A stretch of DNA of 64,000 bases from Squalus acanthias (taxonomy: Eukaryota), in contig CM059431.1 of NCBI GenBank assembly GCA_030390025.1, forward strand, positions 114,454,001 through 114,518,000. The letters are read 5' to 3'. Both the position numbers and the translations under genes were made by a program. This document shows, piece by piece, positions 26,208 through 40,054 of the stretch. How positions within the stretch are numbered: position 1 is the first letter of the stretch; each line of letters starts with the position of its first letter. The notes beneath the pieces were generated by a model, which saw only the letters and a program-made list of their open reading frames with translations, searched no databases and had not been told where the DNA came from.

Positions 26208-27749
26208 TGTTTACTTTTCTGAAGCTTTCTTATTGAAGAATCACCAACAAGGCTTATATCCATCATGTCACCTATTTAATTATTAAATCAGGAAGATGGT
26301 ATATTTGATCATTAGTCTGCATGTACCATATGCTCCTAACAGAGTAACTGCTCTCCTTCCATGCTTTCAAATTATTTGCGCGATTAAATGGCGCAGCTAA
26401 CGTGTGTAAGAAGAAATCACAGTTTTACCCCATCTCTTGCCCTATTCTGAACAAAATTGTATACATTTACAACAAAAAGTTCTGAATTAGTTTTAAATAC
26501 ATTTAGCAAAATAGTATGTTAGTAATTTCAGCAAAATTTTTACAGATGCTGCATCTTTAAAAGAGGAATAATTCTCAGCCGTATTTCTCTCTCAGTGAAA
26601 ACATACGATGACAACTTTATAAAGTGCGATTGATGAGATTATGTGCATTAGAAAACAAATTACAATGTTATGGGATAGAAATGAAATTTATTGCTTTCAT
26701 TCCTAAAATGAAACGGGTTATAAATACAATGATGTACACAGGAGCTCAGTACTTTGCCTCTTTATTTCTGTGGCCTTTTTGCCAGGATTCAGTGCACTGA
26801 CACAATAATCTAATTTAACACAGCAGAAGCGATGGCTTTTCAAATTCAGTGTATGTTGTTTCCAAATGTACCTCCCTAATTCCTAAGATTAAAAGGCTTC
26901 AATTAAATCTGGAGCCTAATCTGAGATATGATTCGGTTATTACTCTGGTGATGGATGCTGAAGTGGGCACGAAGTGATGGGTCTCTTTTCTTCTTGAGCA
27001 GATAAAGTGAACAAAAAGTAAAAGGCATCAAGCTAAGGGTTAAAGGGGAAATCAATATCAGGTGAAAGGTCAACTAGCTGCCTGCTGTTGGTCTATAAGG
27101 AGCTATTCAATGTAGGCTTGGCTGATATATTTTTTAATGTTTTAAAATATGGATGTGAAAAATGGGTAAACGGTAATGCTACTTCTGTCCAGAGGCATAT
27201 AAAACACAGATTAGACACACTACTTACAGCAGCCTAAAGTTGTTAATTGACGCCTTGCTTCCCTCCTCCCCCGTGGCCTGGAGCATAAATTCCCTTACAA
27301 TAGCCACGCAAAAAATTTGAGTAAAATCTCCTTTTCTCGCCATGACTTCTGATGCTGGGCTCTAATTACACTTTAGTAGTAACTGTGCGCCAGAGAGCAA
27401 GAAAGGGAAAGATAAATTCATGTTTTTGGGTAGGGACCCTTAGCTTTCGATGAAGGTTTACACCCGTCTCACCATCAGGTATTTGTCACGCTCTCATCAA
27501 AATTGCAGTGGAGAAGTGCCAGTGTTAACCAGCGTTGATGTGAGGCCACCTCACAAGTGGGTGGTCTCAAATTATTTCTCCCTTGCACTAGTGGCAGTGT
27601 ATTGAATTTTTTTAAAAAACCTAGAGTGCGCTAATGTATATATTGCCTATAAATTTCCCACTGAGTGAAAAAAAGCTGAATGTCCTGTCAGCTCTTCTCA
27701 ACTGGCAGAAATCTCCCGAGCCGTGCACAAGACTGGTGAATAATACTTT

Positions 27750-28456
27750 GGGGTCGAGTTTACGCTCGTTGACGCCAGCAATATCAGCGCAATCCGGGTG
27801 GAATCGGCCGAACCAGCGCAAAAGATCGGGGATTTTTAAATGGAAGTGAGTTACGCCCAAAACCACCTATATACGTGTTTTTCGCGATCTTTTAAGCTGG
27901 TTCAAGATTCACTTTGCCCAGATCAGGCCCCGCCCACAATACTGGCCACACCCCCAGGTTGAAATTCCGAGATTCCGACGATGGCGCTGGTTCAGGCGGG
28001 CTCTTTAAATTGCGCTCATTTTCTTAGGCAGACGGGCACCAGTAGGCACGTTTTTAAAGTTTTTCATATCAAAATAGTTAATTTACTAAGAAATTAGCCA
28101 GTGTACGCCAATGCAACTATTAAATGGTTCTGTATATTTTTTAAGTCATTTTCGGTGATTTTAAAGCAGGTTGCTCAATGGACACATTTATTAAAAATGT
28201 TATTTTTGCTGATAAACCCACTTTTAGCTGTATTAGTAAAACTGCACCAGGTTACTACTCTTAAGTACATCAATGAATACCTTTTAATGGAAAGAAAAAA
28301 GATTATGTTCTGCTATGCTGCCCAATTGTGCTGGTTCATGGAAGATTTTACATTTGTCATTATGCAAATGAATTTTAGTGGAAACTTGAACTGTGACCTA
28401 ACCAGCATAATTTGGGCGTCATGTCCCAATGGCACCCAAAGCGGAAACTCTACCCC
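27750..28456. mobile_element. GG-ended MITE (family shared with 55773-56431)
   Basis: TIRs GGGGTCGAGTTTACGCT / AGCGGAAACTCTACCCC; colinear similarity to 55773-56431. Confidence 0.75.
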
Positions 28457-28816
28457 CTCACGTTTAACCACGCATGCCACAGTTGTGGAATAGTGATGCA
28501 AGTGGATAGTAAAGCTGTGTGCTCCCCTCTTTCAACTCTGCATAAATGTTGGTAAATGTTGGTGGTTTTGCACTGTCAGGCACAGTAAACAGCAGCACAA
28601 GAGACATCCTCTGCTTAGAAATTGTTACAAACTAGAGAAGAACATATCAATCGACCTCTTAAAAGGCAATAATGATCTTAGCCATCACTGCAAAAGCCTA
28701 ACCACAAGCTGATATTATAAGGGATTGTAAGATATCCAGGATGGTAAAACATCAGTTACATTATAGTTATTGTATCACCAGTGGATCGCTTGTGGCTTTG
28801 CTCAGTTGAACACATT

Positions 28817-30217
28817 GGGGTGGAAATTCGTTTCGGCCTTTTTTCGGGCCTGAAATAGGCTGGGAGCGCGCTAGAGATGCCAGAGACCCGAGGCTCACCC
28901 AAAATTGGGCCTCGGGCCTCAATAGCATATTGTCGGCGAGCTGTGGATACCAATCGGGCGTCCAGAGGCAGCTCGCCTGGTCCATAAGGACGAACTTGGG
29001 CTGGCTGCCTCTCCGACAGTGGGCCTCGGGTAGGTCCTGGGAGGGGGGGAAGTGAACAGAATGGACAAGGGGAGGTGACCGGGAGTTGGGGGGGGGGGGG
29101 GGGGCAATTGGAAGGGAGAGGGTGTTTGGGAGGATGGGGAGAATCGGGAGGGAGGGAAGGGGACAATCAGAAGAGGGGAGAGGGCGTAATTGGGTGGCGG
29201 CCTCCAGCGGTTCCTTTAAGGGACACTGGTTAGGCCTCATGTAGACCTAGTTATCCTGAAAGCCACGGGCTCGGCACTGTTTGCATTCAGGGCAGCCCAA
29301 TTTCACAAAGGAGGCTGTCACCGAGCAATATCATCTGCTGCAGCCACAACACGAGCTTCAAACCAGGGCATGGACAGCACTGCCTGTGGCTGGCAAGGTC
29401 ACTGATTCCCTTAACTTTTATGCAACGGGCTTTTTCCACACTGCAGCCGGTGACATCAACATCTCCCAGCTTGCTGTCCACCGTGGTACCAGAAAGATTT
29501 GAATGAATGAATAACTTAAAATATCAGTTGAAATTTAAAATGGCACACAACAGAAGGTGTTTCACAAGGGACTAAGATATCCACATTGTCCCAAAAACTT
29601 ATTAGGGCCAATTTTCCTCCCCTCCCTCCACCCCAGCATAAGTCCAGTGGTGCGCTATTGCATTGCACCTGGCTGGATTGCAGCTGATGCAAAAATGCCC
29701 CTGGAAATGGTAAGTTGGTCCAGATGAGGGGAGAGAATTTGTCACTAAAAGGGCTACAGCAGTATTAATTCCCATCGGTTCAAAGGCCTTTTGACTGCTC
29801 TCAAAAACAGCAGCCAGATGGCTTCCAGCCTTACTATTCCTCCTTGTTGGCCCATTACAACTGAACGTGCTAGGAGGTTGGTAGCTGCTTTTTTTCAGAT
29901 CCTTCAATCTGAGGGAGCTGGCCGTGCTCTCTGATGCCCACTTTTTCTGGGCCATCTTCTTTTTGCATGTCAACTAGGCAGAAACCCAGGTGTTGGGAGT
30001 TGTTTGGACATCTATGCCATGTCATTATCATACAACTTAAATGCTCTCACCTGTTTCAGGTAGGAGCTTCCCACCTAGGCCAGGGGATGTCCCAAGAAAT
30101 GCGTGTCACATACAAAGGGAACAGAGACCCCGCTTAGCAGCACTCCACTCCAAGTTCCTTCCTACTGCCTTACAGCCAGGTGCTCACGGGGCAGTTAAGC
30201 AGAAGAAAACTGGCCCC
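28817..30217. mobile_element. Non-autonomous Harbinger derivative with transposase fragment
   Basis: GGGG…CCCC ends with ATT on both flanks (TIR match weak); 29370-29485 encodes TALPVAGKVTDSLNFYATGFFHTAAGDINISQLAVHR, homologous to 60076-60180. Confidence 0.7.
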
Positions 30218-30529
30218 ATTCAATGACATGACTACAATCTTCACACAACCTGACATAGAACTGGTTAAAGCCTCTTTAACATGCCCATCTATCTTTTCAC
30301 AGTTTGATCAACTCACATTAGGACTGCAATGTTGACCCTAGGTCTTCTACTTCTCTGTGATGGAACATTTCTATTTTGTTTTAAGAAATGTGAGAGGAAT
30401 TTGGTCACAGAAACATTTTGTGACATTTAAAGCTTCTGTTGGATGGAATTGCAATAAGTACCTTTGTAGCACTTTCCTGTTTCTGGAGCATAGGTGGTTA
30501 TTGACATTTAAATAAGTTGGGATGCAATA

Positions 30530-30965
30530 AGAAGAAAGAACAAACTTGCATTTATATGGCACCTTCCACAACCTCAGGATGTCCCAAAGCAATTTACAAC
30601 CAACAAAGTACTTTCTGAAGTGTTAAACTGTGGTAATGTAGGAAAAACAGCAGCCAATTTGCACATAGCAAGGTCCCACAAATATCAACATGATAATGAC
30701 CAGATAATCTACTTTTTTAGGGATAAATTTTGGACAGAATTCTCCTGCTCTTTGAAATAGCACCATCGGATCTTTTACGCCCACCAGAGAGGGCAGACAG
30801 GGCCTTGGTTCATCATCTCATCCGAAAGACGGCACCTCCTACAGTGCAGCACTCCCTCAGTACTCCACTGGAGTGTCAGCCTAGATTTTGTGCACAAGTC
30901 CCTGGAGTGGGACGTGAATGCTCAACCTGTGGACTCAGAGGCGAGAGTGCTACCCACTGAGCCAT
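30530..30965 (-). mobile_element. SacSINE1-like DeuSINE
   Basis: Same head, core and tail as the other copies. Confidence 0.85.
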
Positions 30966-31760
30966 TGGGTGGCACCTAATATGCAGGATCCATCCGAAGC
31001 TCTGTTTCCTTAGCTAATCATGGGTGTCATGTGCAAATATTTGATTTCCCAGTTCAAAATAGCAGTTTGTGCAGGCAGGCGTATCATTTTACCTGACAGC
31101 CAAAGGAACCGATCTGTTTATCTCACATAGTCAATTGATTATTGCTGAGATCACTCCGCCATAGGCTTATTGAACATCATTTCTATTGATAAAATGATAG
31201 CCCCTTTCTGAAACTCTTAACCTCTTTACTGTTCTGTATTATCTTACTGTATAGCTGTGGTAGCTAGTGTTCCAGTAAGGCGAATGAAACCCGTGAGCAA
31301 CTAGATATAGAGGATCCCAAAAGAGATGAGCGTGTCAGTGGAGCAGGAACTGTAACAATGCTTAAAATAATTTTGAAATACTAGAAGACTACATATAGAA
31401 TAATGGATATGCAGGAGTGATTATAAGGCTGTAATGTTACCGAGGGGCTCAGGTGATATTTCTTAAACCATGAGCAGAACTTATCATCCAGGCATCTGTA
31501 CCTCCAAGATTATTGACAGCCATGAAATCTCAAAGGGGTTGAAATCCTGCTGGGCGATGGTTGCAATATATTTAACGAGGTCACAAGCAATGCCTCTGTT
31601 CCTTATTTTCACCCATTTAGTGAACAAAGGAATTTCACGCGACTGCTTTTAAGCGATGCATCATAAATGTTATGCAAGGTAGAATTTTAATCTTCATCTG
31701 CTATCATTTAAAATTCATATTCGCTTCAGTCCTTGAGGTCTTTGGTCTTATTACTTTCAG

Positions 31761-31788
31761 ATATGACCCTGTGACTGGAGACAGTGAG
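31761..31788 (+). CDS. Candidate 28-nt coding exon (R/YDPVTGDSE)
   Basis: TCTTATTACTTTCAG|…GAG|GTATGT; only one frame open; phase fits 16102-16169; two GCATG motifs just downstream. Confidence 0.3.
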
Positions 31789-32067
31789 GTATGTTGGCAT
31801 GTGTGGCATGTTTCATGTTGGCATTTGATAAATATTTTCCTTCAGTTTTAGTCAATTGCAGTTCTCACATTGTGGGATACAAATACCTCATTGGTAACAG
31901 TGATCAAAGAAGGCTGACAAAGTGAAAGGTCTTTATATATGTAATGCTGAGAAACAGAGATACTGTACATTTAGTGCCTTGCAGGGTATCTGTGGTAAGC
32001 TGAGAGCAGTGCAGTCTGACATTCACAAAAGAATATTAAAGGGGTTTGTGACATTATTAGTGTAGGT

Positions 32068-32913
32068 CAGTGTTTTCAAACCTTTCTGTGAGGGGACCCC
32101 CTGCAACTTTGACACACACCCTGGAGACCGCCTCAAAATGTTGACGCACTTTCGGAGTCTCTTTTCTCAATTTCAAAAAAACAGTGTCAGCCACTCAATA
32201 GAAAATAGTGCTTTCATTGCAGACTTTTTTTTATTGGTTTACTGTATAAGGGGGAAAAACTGCTAGTAACTCAACATATACAGAAATATCATGGCAGATG
32301 GATGGAAATCTCATAACCTTGCAGACCCCCTAAGATCACCTTACAGACCCTCTAGGATCTCCTCACAGACCCTAGGATCTCCTCACAGACCCTAGGATCT
32401 TCTCACAGACCCTAGGATCTTCTCACAGACCCTAGGATCTTCTCACAAATCCTAGGATCTCCTCACAAAGCCTCTAGGAACTTCTCACAGACCCCCCTTG
32501 GGTCTCCTCACAGACTCCCCTAGGATCTCCTCACAGACCCCCTAGGATCTCCTCACAGACCCCCTAGGATCTCCTCACAGACCCCCTAGGATCTCCTCAC
32601 AAACCCCGCTAGGATCTCCTCACAGACCCCCTAGGCTCTCCTCACAGACCCCCCTAAGATCTCCTCACAGACCTCCAAAGATATCCTCACAGACTCCCTA
32701 AGTTCTCCTCACAGACCCCGCTAGGATCTCCCACAGACCCCCTTAGGATCTACTCACAGACCCCTTAGGATCTCCTCACAAACCCCACTAGGACCTCCTC
32801 ACAGTCTCCCCCTAAGATCTCTGCACAGACCCCTTCAGATCTCCTCACAGACCCCCCTTAAGATCTCATCACAGACCTCTTAGGAACTAGGGATCCCAGT
32901 TTGAAAACCTATG
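32068..32913. mobile_element. hAT (Charlie-like) MITE containing a minisatellite
   Basis: TIRs CAGTGTTTTCAAAC / GTTTGAAAACCTATG; 8-bp TSD GTGTAGGT / GTGTAGAT. Confidence 0.85.
32320..32885. repeat. 20-24-bp minisatellite
   Basis: About 25 units of CTAGGATCTCCTCACAGAC(C)n. Confidence 0.95.
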
Positions 32914-33782
32914 GTGTAGATTTGCAGGAAACAGTCTGTGTTTGATTGCACAGATATTGTACACCCAAATAAATATAATCTAAAGTTATTAGGATCTAAT
33001 ACATTTACCAGGCTCAAAATGAGTTCTTATAATTACAGGTCAGCTATTGATAAAATAGAAATTGGAAATCTACTTTTACTTTCTATAAGGGGATTTTTTT
33101 TTAAAGCATTAAATTTGCCACATAATTCAATAACTGTTGAAAATTGTTAAATGGTGAACATTTTTGAGCAGCTTTAAATTTGATATTAAAGGTTCACAAA
33201 TCTTAAAGCCACTGAAAACATTGCTGTTCTTAGCATAAAATATTGATTGTGATTGACATCAGTACTGTTTTCTGTGGTAACTGAGCAGAATTGATATCAC
33301 TCTGATAACAGAACCATGGTACAGTAGACAATGCATGAGATTGACACATCATTGCCATGTTAAAAAAAAGTCCTGCAAAATCCCCTGATATTTCTATTTT
33401 CAAGTTGTCTTGCATTAAGTTGTTATCACAACAGTATTTGTATGTAACATACCTGAATCTTTTCCCAGGGAAACAACTAAAAACAATAGCTCACAACTAT
33501 TACAATCGCTGTTTCTTTAATATTTTAGCCCTTACAAACTTTAGATGAAAATATATCTGGATTAATGTACTGCGCATGTTTTATGCAAGAATGCTTCCTA
33601 CCTTCAAACTTCTGAAACAATGTCACATTGCAAGTCTCAATTTTTGAAAGAACATAATTTTGCTCCTGTTTATTTTGGGTTTTATATAAATAAAACAGTG
33701 CCTTTATTATAAAAAAAATAATATACTTTCAACATAAATTACATAATAGATCAACCTTTTATCTCAATCATTTTTTTTCTAG

Positions 33783-34170
33783 ATGGACCTAATTGAGGCG
33801 TATAAAGTTATCAGGGGCCTTGATAGAGTGGATAGGAAGGACCTATTTCCTTTAGCAGAAGGGTCAATAGCCAGGGGGCATAGATTTAAAGTAATTGGTC
33901 GGGGGTTTAGAGGGGATTTGAGGAGAAATGTTTTCACCCAGAGGGTGGTGGGGGTCTGGAACTCACTGCCTGAAAGGTTGGTAGAGGTAGAGACCCTCAT
34001 CACATTTAAAAAGTACTTGCATATGCACTTGAAGTGCCGTAACCTACAAGTCTACGGACCAAGTGCTGGAAAGTGGGATTAGGCTGGATAGCTCTTTGTT
34101 GGCCGGCACGGATAAGATGGGCCGAACGGCCTCCTTCTGTGCTGTAAATTTCTATGATTCTATGATTCTA
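33783..34170 (+). mobile_element. CR1 LINE 3' fragment
   Basis: DLIEAYKVIRGLDRVD…RRNVFTQRVVGVWNSLP plus (TTCTATGA)2 tail. Confidence 0.92.
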
Positions 34171-35165
34171 CATGATGGTCATTTGCACCAGCAGAAAAAC
34201 TACTCTTGTTTCAGTCCTCTGGGCTATGTAAATCACATCACTTTTTTGCAACATGATATTTAAGTGGCAATTCTATCATTCTCCTAAGTACAGTATTGAA
34301 GATGGTAACAGTACTGAGGTGTCAGGTTGTGTTAAGCTCATGTGTGGGCTGCACTATATGCTTTCTTCCGTGCATCTGCACAAAGATTGAACATATCTGC
34401 CTTTTCAGAGCTCAGGAGATTGATCTTCCTTCATGCCTGAGATTAATTTACAACAGCGGGGCCAGGTTATGGATTACAGAAGTGCGAATAGTTTATCCGC
34501 TGAACTTTGAGGTACCTCCTAGTCAATGGTTGTCCTGCCATTGGGCGCGGAACTGTCTGTAGCCTTGGTGCCTTTCTTATCCCTTTGCAGTGATAAGAGC
34601 AGATCTCTAAGGAGCCGCTGTATGTCTGAGTATTGTATTCTATCAGCGGGGCAGTCAAGCTGAAGAGGACAGGTCTACTAACTTGTTTGCATCAAATGGT
34701 GCCTATCAATAATTTACAGAAATGACTGGTAACTATTATTACAAAGAATACCAGGTTGTATTACGACACATGCACCTTGTACATAAGTCAATAGCTTCCC
34801 TTCAGGAAGTAGCTTAGTACTTCCCAGCTGTTTAACTCCTCATAAAGTGACCTAGAAAACATAATTGACAGGGTGGGATGGTGGAAAAACTAAGTTATTT
34901 CCCCTTTTGTCATATTCATTCATTAATAAATTTTAGGGGAAACAAAATGCAGGAAATTGCAGGAACTATACTGTTTTGGTCAACAGGGACATAATCTCAC
35001 ACTGAGAAATGTAACTCAATAAAAAATGTAAATATAAGATCATGGAGAGAAAAGAGAGATCTACCAGGTGGCAACATAATTGAGGACTTCAGATAGTATG
35101 ATAAACTGTGAGATCAGGGCTTAAGTGATTGGTACAGGCCACTTGAACCTTAAAAATGTGTTACA

Positions 35166-35560
35166 ATAGCAAAATACTGCAGATGCTGGAAATCTGAAAT
35201 AACAACAGAAAATGCTGGAAACACTCAGCAGGCCAGGCAGCATCCGTGGAGCGAGAAACAGAGTTAACATTTCAGGTCGGAGACCCTTCTTCAGAACTGG
35301 TAAAAGTTGGAGATGTAACAGATTTTAAGCAGGTGCAGAGGCAGGGAAGGGGTGGGGGGAAGGGAGGAAGGAACGGAAGGGACGGTCTGTGCTAGAATGC
35401 AAGGCAGGAGTGGTTAAATGTTGCAAATGGGGATGGCAGAATCATCAACAGCTGCCACCTGAAAAAAATGGGGGGGTTTATAGGCTGAAATTGTTGAACT
35501 CAATGTTGAGTCCAGAAGGCTGTAAAGGGCCTAATCGAAAGATGAGGTGCTGTTCCTCGA
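35166..35560 (-). mobile_element. Penelope-like element 3' fragment with hammerhead-like motif
   Basis: Same terminal sequence as 54441-54571; on -: GTT-CTGAAGA-A-GGGTC-TCC-GACCT-GAAA-TGT-T-AAC at about 35263-35297. Confidence 0.7.
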
Positions 35561-35781
35561 ACTTAAAAATGTGTTACTGTCTCCTTTCTGAAAACTATTT
35601 TTTATTTGTATCAGAGTTGCAACTTCACTTTTTTTTTTAATTTGGAAATTTTAGTCACTATTATAAATGTGCACAGGTGCTTTGAGTCCTTACGCTGTGG
35701 GAAATGCCAACATCAGTGAATACAGATTAAAGGCATTGGCCCTGAATTTCCTTGTTGGCCATTGTGCCAGAAAGTTATATT

Positions 35782-36523
35782 GGCCCTGAAGTTGGGGTAT
35801 CTGTGAGAGTACTCTCAGAGTACGCCATCATATTCCCTTTGAAAAGCCCCACAAGTTCTGGATTTCCGCATGCGCATACGCAAAATCCAGAACTTGCGAT
35901 CCGTCAAGGTATACCATGGCAGATCATCCGAACCGCCTAAAAACTGAGTATTGCTGGCGCAGAGTTGGGCTATTTGCCCAGCAATTACCCACATAAGTCT
36001 TATGGCTGATGCAAGCAGGAATAGAGCCTGCTTGCATCAGTGTAAGGGGATATCTAAGGCTTCATTAAAACATTTAAAAATCCAAAATTATGCACATACA
36101 CTTTATTAAATGAGTTTATGCAAATATTGGCCCAGATTACAGTTTTAATGATGTGTGAAATTATGATCAAAAATTAGATTTTTATTAAGTTTGGTGGAAT
36201 GAAGGTAATTATGATTAAAATTAAAATTCTGTTAATTGTACAATTTTTACATTTTGGGATTCATTGCATATCATTAGGGGATTCCCTTCATAAATGATTG
36301 CAATGGAATTCTCCTTTGTCATTGGAGGACCGGGCCCACATGGTCCCAGGTACGCTTCCGAACCGCCTGCGCCCCTGGGATCCGTGGGCCATTATGCTGC
36401 CCTCTGCCTCGAGGCCTGAGACCGCAACTCTTCGCAGCCTGGGCACCAGCAGGTAATTTCGTAAATGTTTCGCGGGTCGGAGGCATACTCCAGAGGTACG
36501 CCAATGACCGCAATTTCTAGGCC
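35782..36523. mobile_element. Harbinger-type MITE, opposite orientation to 9802-10529
   Basis: TIRs GGCCCTGAAGTTG / CAATTTCTAGGCC with exact ATT TSD; shared internal hairpin CAAGTTCTGGATTT…AAATCCAGAACTTG. Confidence 0.8.
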
Positions 36524-36769
36524 ATTATTGCATGCAAGTTTCCTGGGTAAATTCATTTGCATATGAAGTGGCATAATTGCATTCTAAAAGTGTAGTGAAA
36601 CACCTCTTGCCTGATTGCTATTGTTTGATATCTGTCCTGTCCTTCTTGCTAGTGTCCTCTGTTTTGGTCACTATATACAGAGAAGTTAGGTAAGAATACT
36701 GTAAAGTCCATCAGAACTGGGGACTTTACTATTGTCTGCAAATACAATGCCTCCATCTCTTTGATGACT

Positions 36770-37220
36770 TGGTGGCATAGTGGTTAGCACTGGTGCCTCA
36801 CAGCGCCAGAGACCCGGGTTCGAATCTAGCCTCGGGTGACTGTCTGTGTGGAGTTTGCACATTCTCCCCGTGTCTGCGTGGGTTTCCTCCGGGTGCTCCG
36901 GTTTCCTCCCACAGTCCAAAAATGTGCGGGTTAGGTTGATTTGGCTATGATAAATTGACCCTTAGTGTTAGGGGGGGATTAAATATGTGGGTTTACAGGG
37001 ATAGGATGGGATATGTTGGGGGGAATTAAATACGTGGGGTTACGGGGATAGGGTGGGATATGTGTCGGTGCAGGCTCGATGGGGATTCTGTGTGAGAAAG
37101 CAGGGACAGGGTACTGGATTTGGATGATCAGCCATGATCGTATTGAATGGTGGAGCAGGCTCGACGGGCCAAATGGCCTACTCCTGCTCCTAGTTTCTAT
37201 GTTTCTATCTATGTTTCTAT
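36770..37220 (+). mobile_element. HE1-like V-SINE with CR1-derived tail
   Basis: Near-identical to 8423-8851; (TTTCTATG)n tail. Confidence 0.9.
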
Positions 37221-37511
37221 ATAGCTCAGGTCACCCAGTCAATATTATGTTGCACCGCTTGCCCATGTGCACTGCTTATCTCAAAATCTGGAGAGGCAGG
37301 GACCATGGAAGGGAGAAAAGGAATGGAAAAGATAAGAAAAGAATGAAATAGAAGGTTCAGTAAAAAAAATCAAAAGAATAACAGGAAGAAATAGAGAAAC
37401 CACATGAAGAAAAATGTAATCAGTAATTGAAGGTGAAGACACTGAGAAGAAAAGTGATGTAGAAGTAAACAGTGATTTAAAATATGAGAGTATAATCCTA
37501 GAGTAAAATTG

Positions 37512-38430
37512 TTATTAATGACTTGGATGAAGGGACTGAGTGCAACATATCCAAGTTTGCTGATGATACAAAGCTAGGTGGAAAGTAAGATGTGAGGAAG
37601 ATGCAAAGAGCCTGCAAAGGGATATAGACAGGTTAAGTGAGTGGACAATAAGGTGGCAGATGGAGTATAATGTGAGGAAATGTGAGGTTATTCACTTTGG
37701 TAGGAAGAATAGAAAAACAGAATCTTTTTTAAATGGTGAGAAACTATTAAATGTTGGTGTTCAGAGAGATTTGGGTGTCCTAGTACAAGAAATATAGAAA
37801 GTTAGCAAGCAATTAGGAAGGCAAATGGCATGTTGGCCTTTATAGCAATGGGGTTGGAGTACAAGAGTAAGGAAGTCTTGCTACAGTTGTACAGGGCTCT
37901 GGTGAGACCACATCTGGAATACTATGCACAGTTTTGGTTTCCTTATTTAAGGAAGGATATACTTGCCTTAGAGGCGGTGAAACGAAGGTTCACTAGATTG
38001 ATCCCTGGGATGGGAGGATTGTCCTGTGAGGAGAGATTGAGTAGATTGGGCCTATACTCTCCGGAGTTTAGAAGAATGAGAGGTGATCTCATTGAAACAT
38101 ATAAGATTCTGAGGGGGATTGACAGGCTAGCTGGTGAGAGATTGTTTCCCCTGGCTGGAGAATCTAGAACTAGGGGGCATAGTCTCAGGATAAGGGGTCA
38201 ACCATTTAAGACTGAGACGAGGAGGAATTTCTTCACTCAGAGGGTTGTGAATCTTTGGAATTCCCTGCCCCAAAGTGCTGTGGACTCCAGAGGAATTAAG
38301 GGATATAGGGATAGGGCAGGAAAGTGGAGTTGAGGTCGAAGATCAGCCATGATCTTATTGAGTGGCAGAGCAGGCTCGAGGAGCGGTATGGCTTACTCCT
38401 GCTCCTAATTCTTATGTCCTTATGTTCTTA
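37512..38430 (+). mobile_element. CR1 LINE 3' fragment
   Basis: INDLD…SKFADDTKL; ORF 37830-38333 LYRALVRPHLEY…RGDLIETYKIL…FFTQRVVNLWNSLP; (CTTATGT)n tail. Confidence 0.93.
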
Positions 38431-39023
38431 TTGTGTGCATGAGTGAAACTACTACTAAAGAGAAATATGCGAACAGTTTCACTGTTTCGTCTCAATCAGA
38501 GAGTGTCCTGTTCCGTAGCACCATGCATTGTGCCAGTGAATAACTTATAAAAGTTTCACAATCCCTTCCCTAAATTCTACAAATGCACAGCAGTAGTCAA
38601 GCAGACACACTTTGCACAAAGGAGACTCTATAATATTATTCTACACATTCGTTTATGTATGTACTTTATTCTAACTTCTCTAAGCAGTATCTTAGTTGGC
38701 AGTTGTAATGCTATGTAATGTCTTATTATATTATCTAATTTCTGTTTAATCTGAATTGAAATAATAAGTTACTATATTTAACATCCAAATTGAGGAGATG
38801 GTTGAAAGTGTAAATACTAAGGAGAGGGTTGGAAAAATATTGGCATTGAGGGAACAAAAAAAACTAAGACTTTTGGCATAGATGCAAAATGGAATGGCTT
38901 CAAGCTACTTTTTTCCATTTTTGTTTTTCCTTAATTTTATCCCCTCAAGAAACCTAAATGAATTGCAAAACATGAGTGGTCAGAGATACCTTTTGAGTCT
39001 TTCTGCAGGATTTTAGAAAGGTT

Positions 39024-39659
39024 GGGTAGAAATTGATTTATGTCTGTTTTCGGCCCTGAAATAGGCGACGCGCTCAGAGCCAGTAGCTGGAGGGCCGAGA
39101 CTTGTCTGAAATTGGGCCTCGGGCCACCTCAGCATAATTCCGGCAAACTTCAGATGCCTATCGGACATGCAGAAGCAGCTCGGCTGTTGGCTTTCCAACA
39201 ATTTGGGCCGGTTGCAACGCTGGCAGCGGCCCTCAGTTAGATCCTGGGAGAGGGAGGGAGGAGAATGGGAGGGTGGCAAACAAGGGCCAGCAGCGACCCT
39301 CAGGAGTGCTGAGGAGCCAGCAGGAGATTTCTGTGCCTCCTGGCTCCACTTGAATGTGAGTTTGAAAATTTAAAGGATGGCTTGTTAGGCCGCAACAGGA
39401 AGAGGCTCATACTCTGCTCAGCGCTTACCAATTTCCATGAAGGGTCATTAAACCGGAGATAGGCCCCTCATTAGCATAAGCAAGGGGGCTAACGCCTGTT
39501 TAAGGCGGCTGCCAAGGACGCTAGAATATCGCCTGAGCCACAGTGGCATCTGATGCATTTCAGGCGCCCTTGAGGTACAGAACATAGCCCCGCTAACTTG
39601 GTCCATTTTATCCCTGTTCTGTGCCCGAGCAATGGGCCAAATGAGATCTAATTTTGCCC
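39024..39659. mobile_element. GG-ended MITE related to the left end of 28817-30217
   Basis: Shares CCTGAAATAGGC…AAATTGGGCCTCGGGCC; ends GGGTAGAAATT / AATTTTGCCC. Confidence 0.7.
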
Positions 39660-39740
39660 TCATTGTTTTCAAATTGTAACAATTCTTTTTAATTGTCTTT
39701 ATCCCTTTACATTTCATGTAATTTTCCTCTCCCACTGCTT

Positions 39741-39898
39741 GGGGTAGATCTTGACTTTGTGCGATTGTATAAAAAGGGTAATAGAGAGTCAGCAATCTGT
39801 TTTAACTCTCGCCCGATTTTTATTTCCAGAGATGTAAAAGGGGCTGCCGACTCGCTATCACCCATTTTACACTATCGCACAAAGTCAAAATCTACCCC
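39741..39898. mobile_element. Palindromic MITE
   Basis: TIRs GGGGTAGATCTTGACTTTGTGCGAT / ATCGCACAAAGTCAAAATCTACCCC; flanks CTT / CTA. Confidence 0.85.
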
Positions 39899-40054
39899 CT
39901 AGTGTGCCCCCTACATCTGCCCAATTCTACACCTGAATCTGTGAATAATTATGCAGCAGGAATTTTGCCTGCTTTTAGTACTTTAACATTCTAGTAGGGA
40001 TTACCACCAGTTTTTAACCATTTAGAACTGTAGACAAAAATCTTCCCCCATATA

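Noticed and set aside
24454..26266. Three ~570-aa His/Cys/Thr-rich ORFs
   Set aside because: The 14-bp repeat has no stops on the minus strand, so all three frames are open and give the same cyclic peptide.
32320..32885. CRISPR-like direct repeats
   Set aside because: Units are contiguous without spacers and lie inside a hAT MITE.
37830..38333. Functional reverse transcriptase ORFs (also 20890, 33783, 51301, 63422)
   Set aside because: Truncated CR1 fragments with stops or frameshifts nearby.
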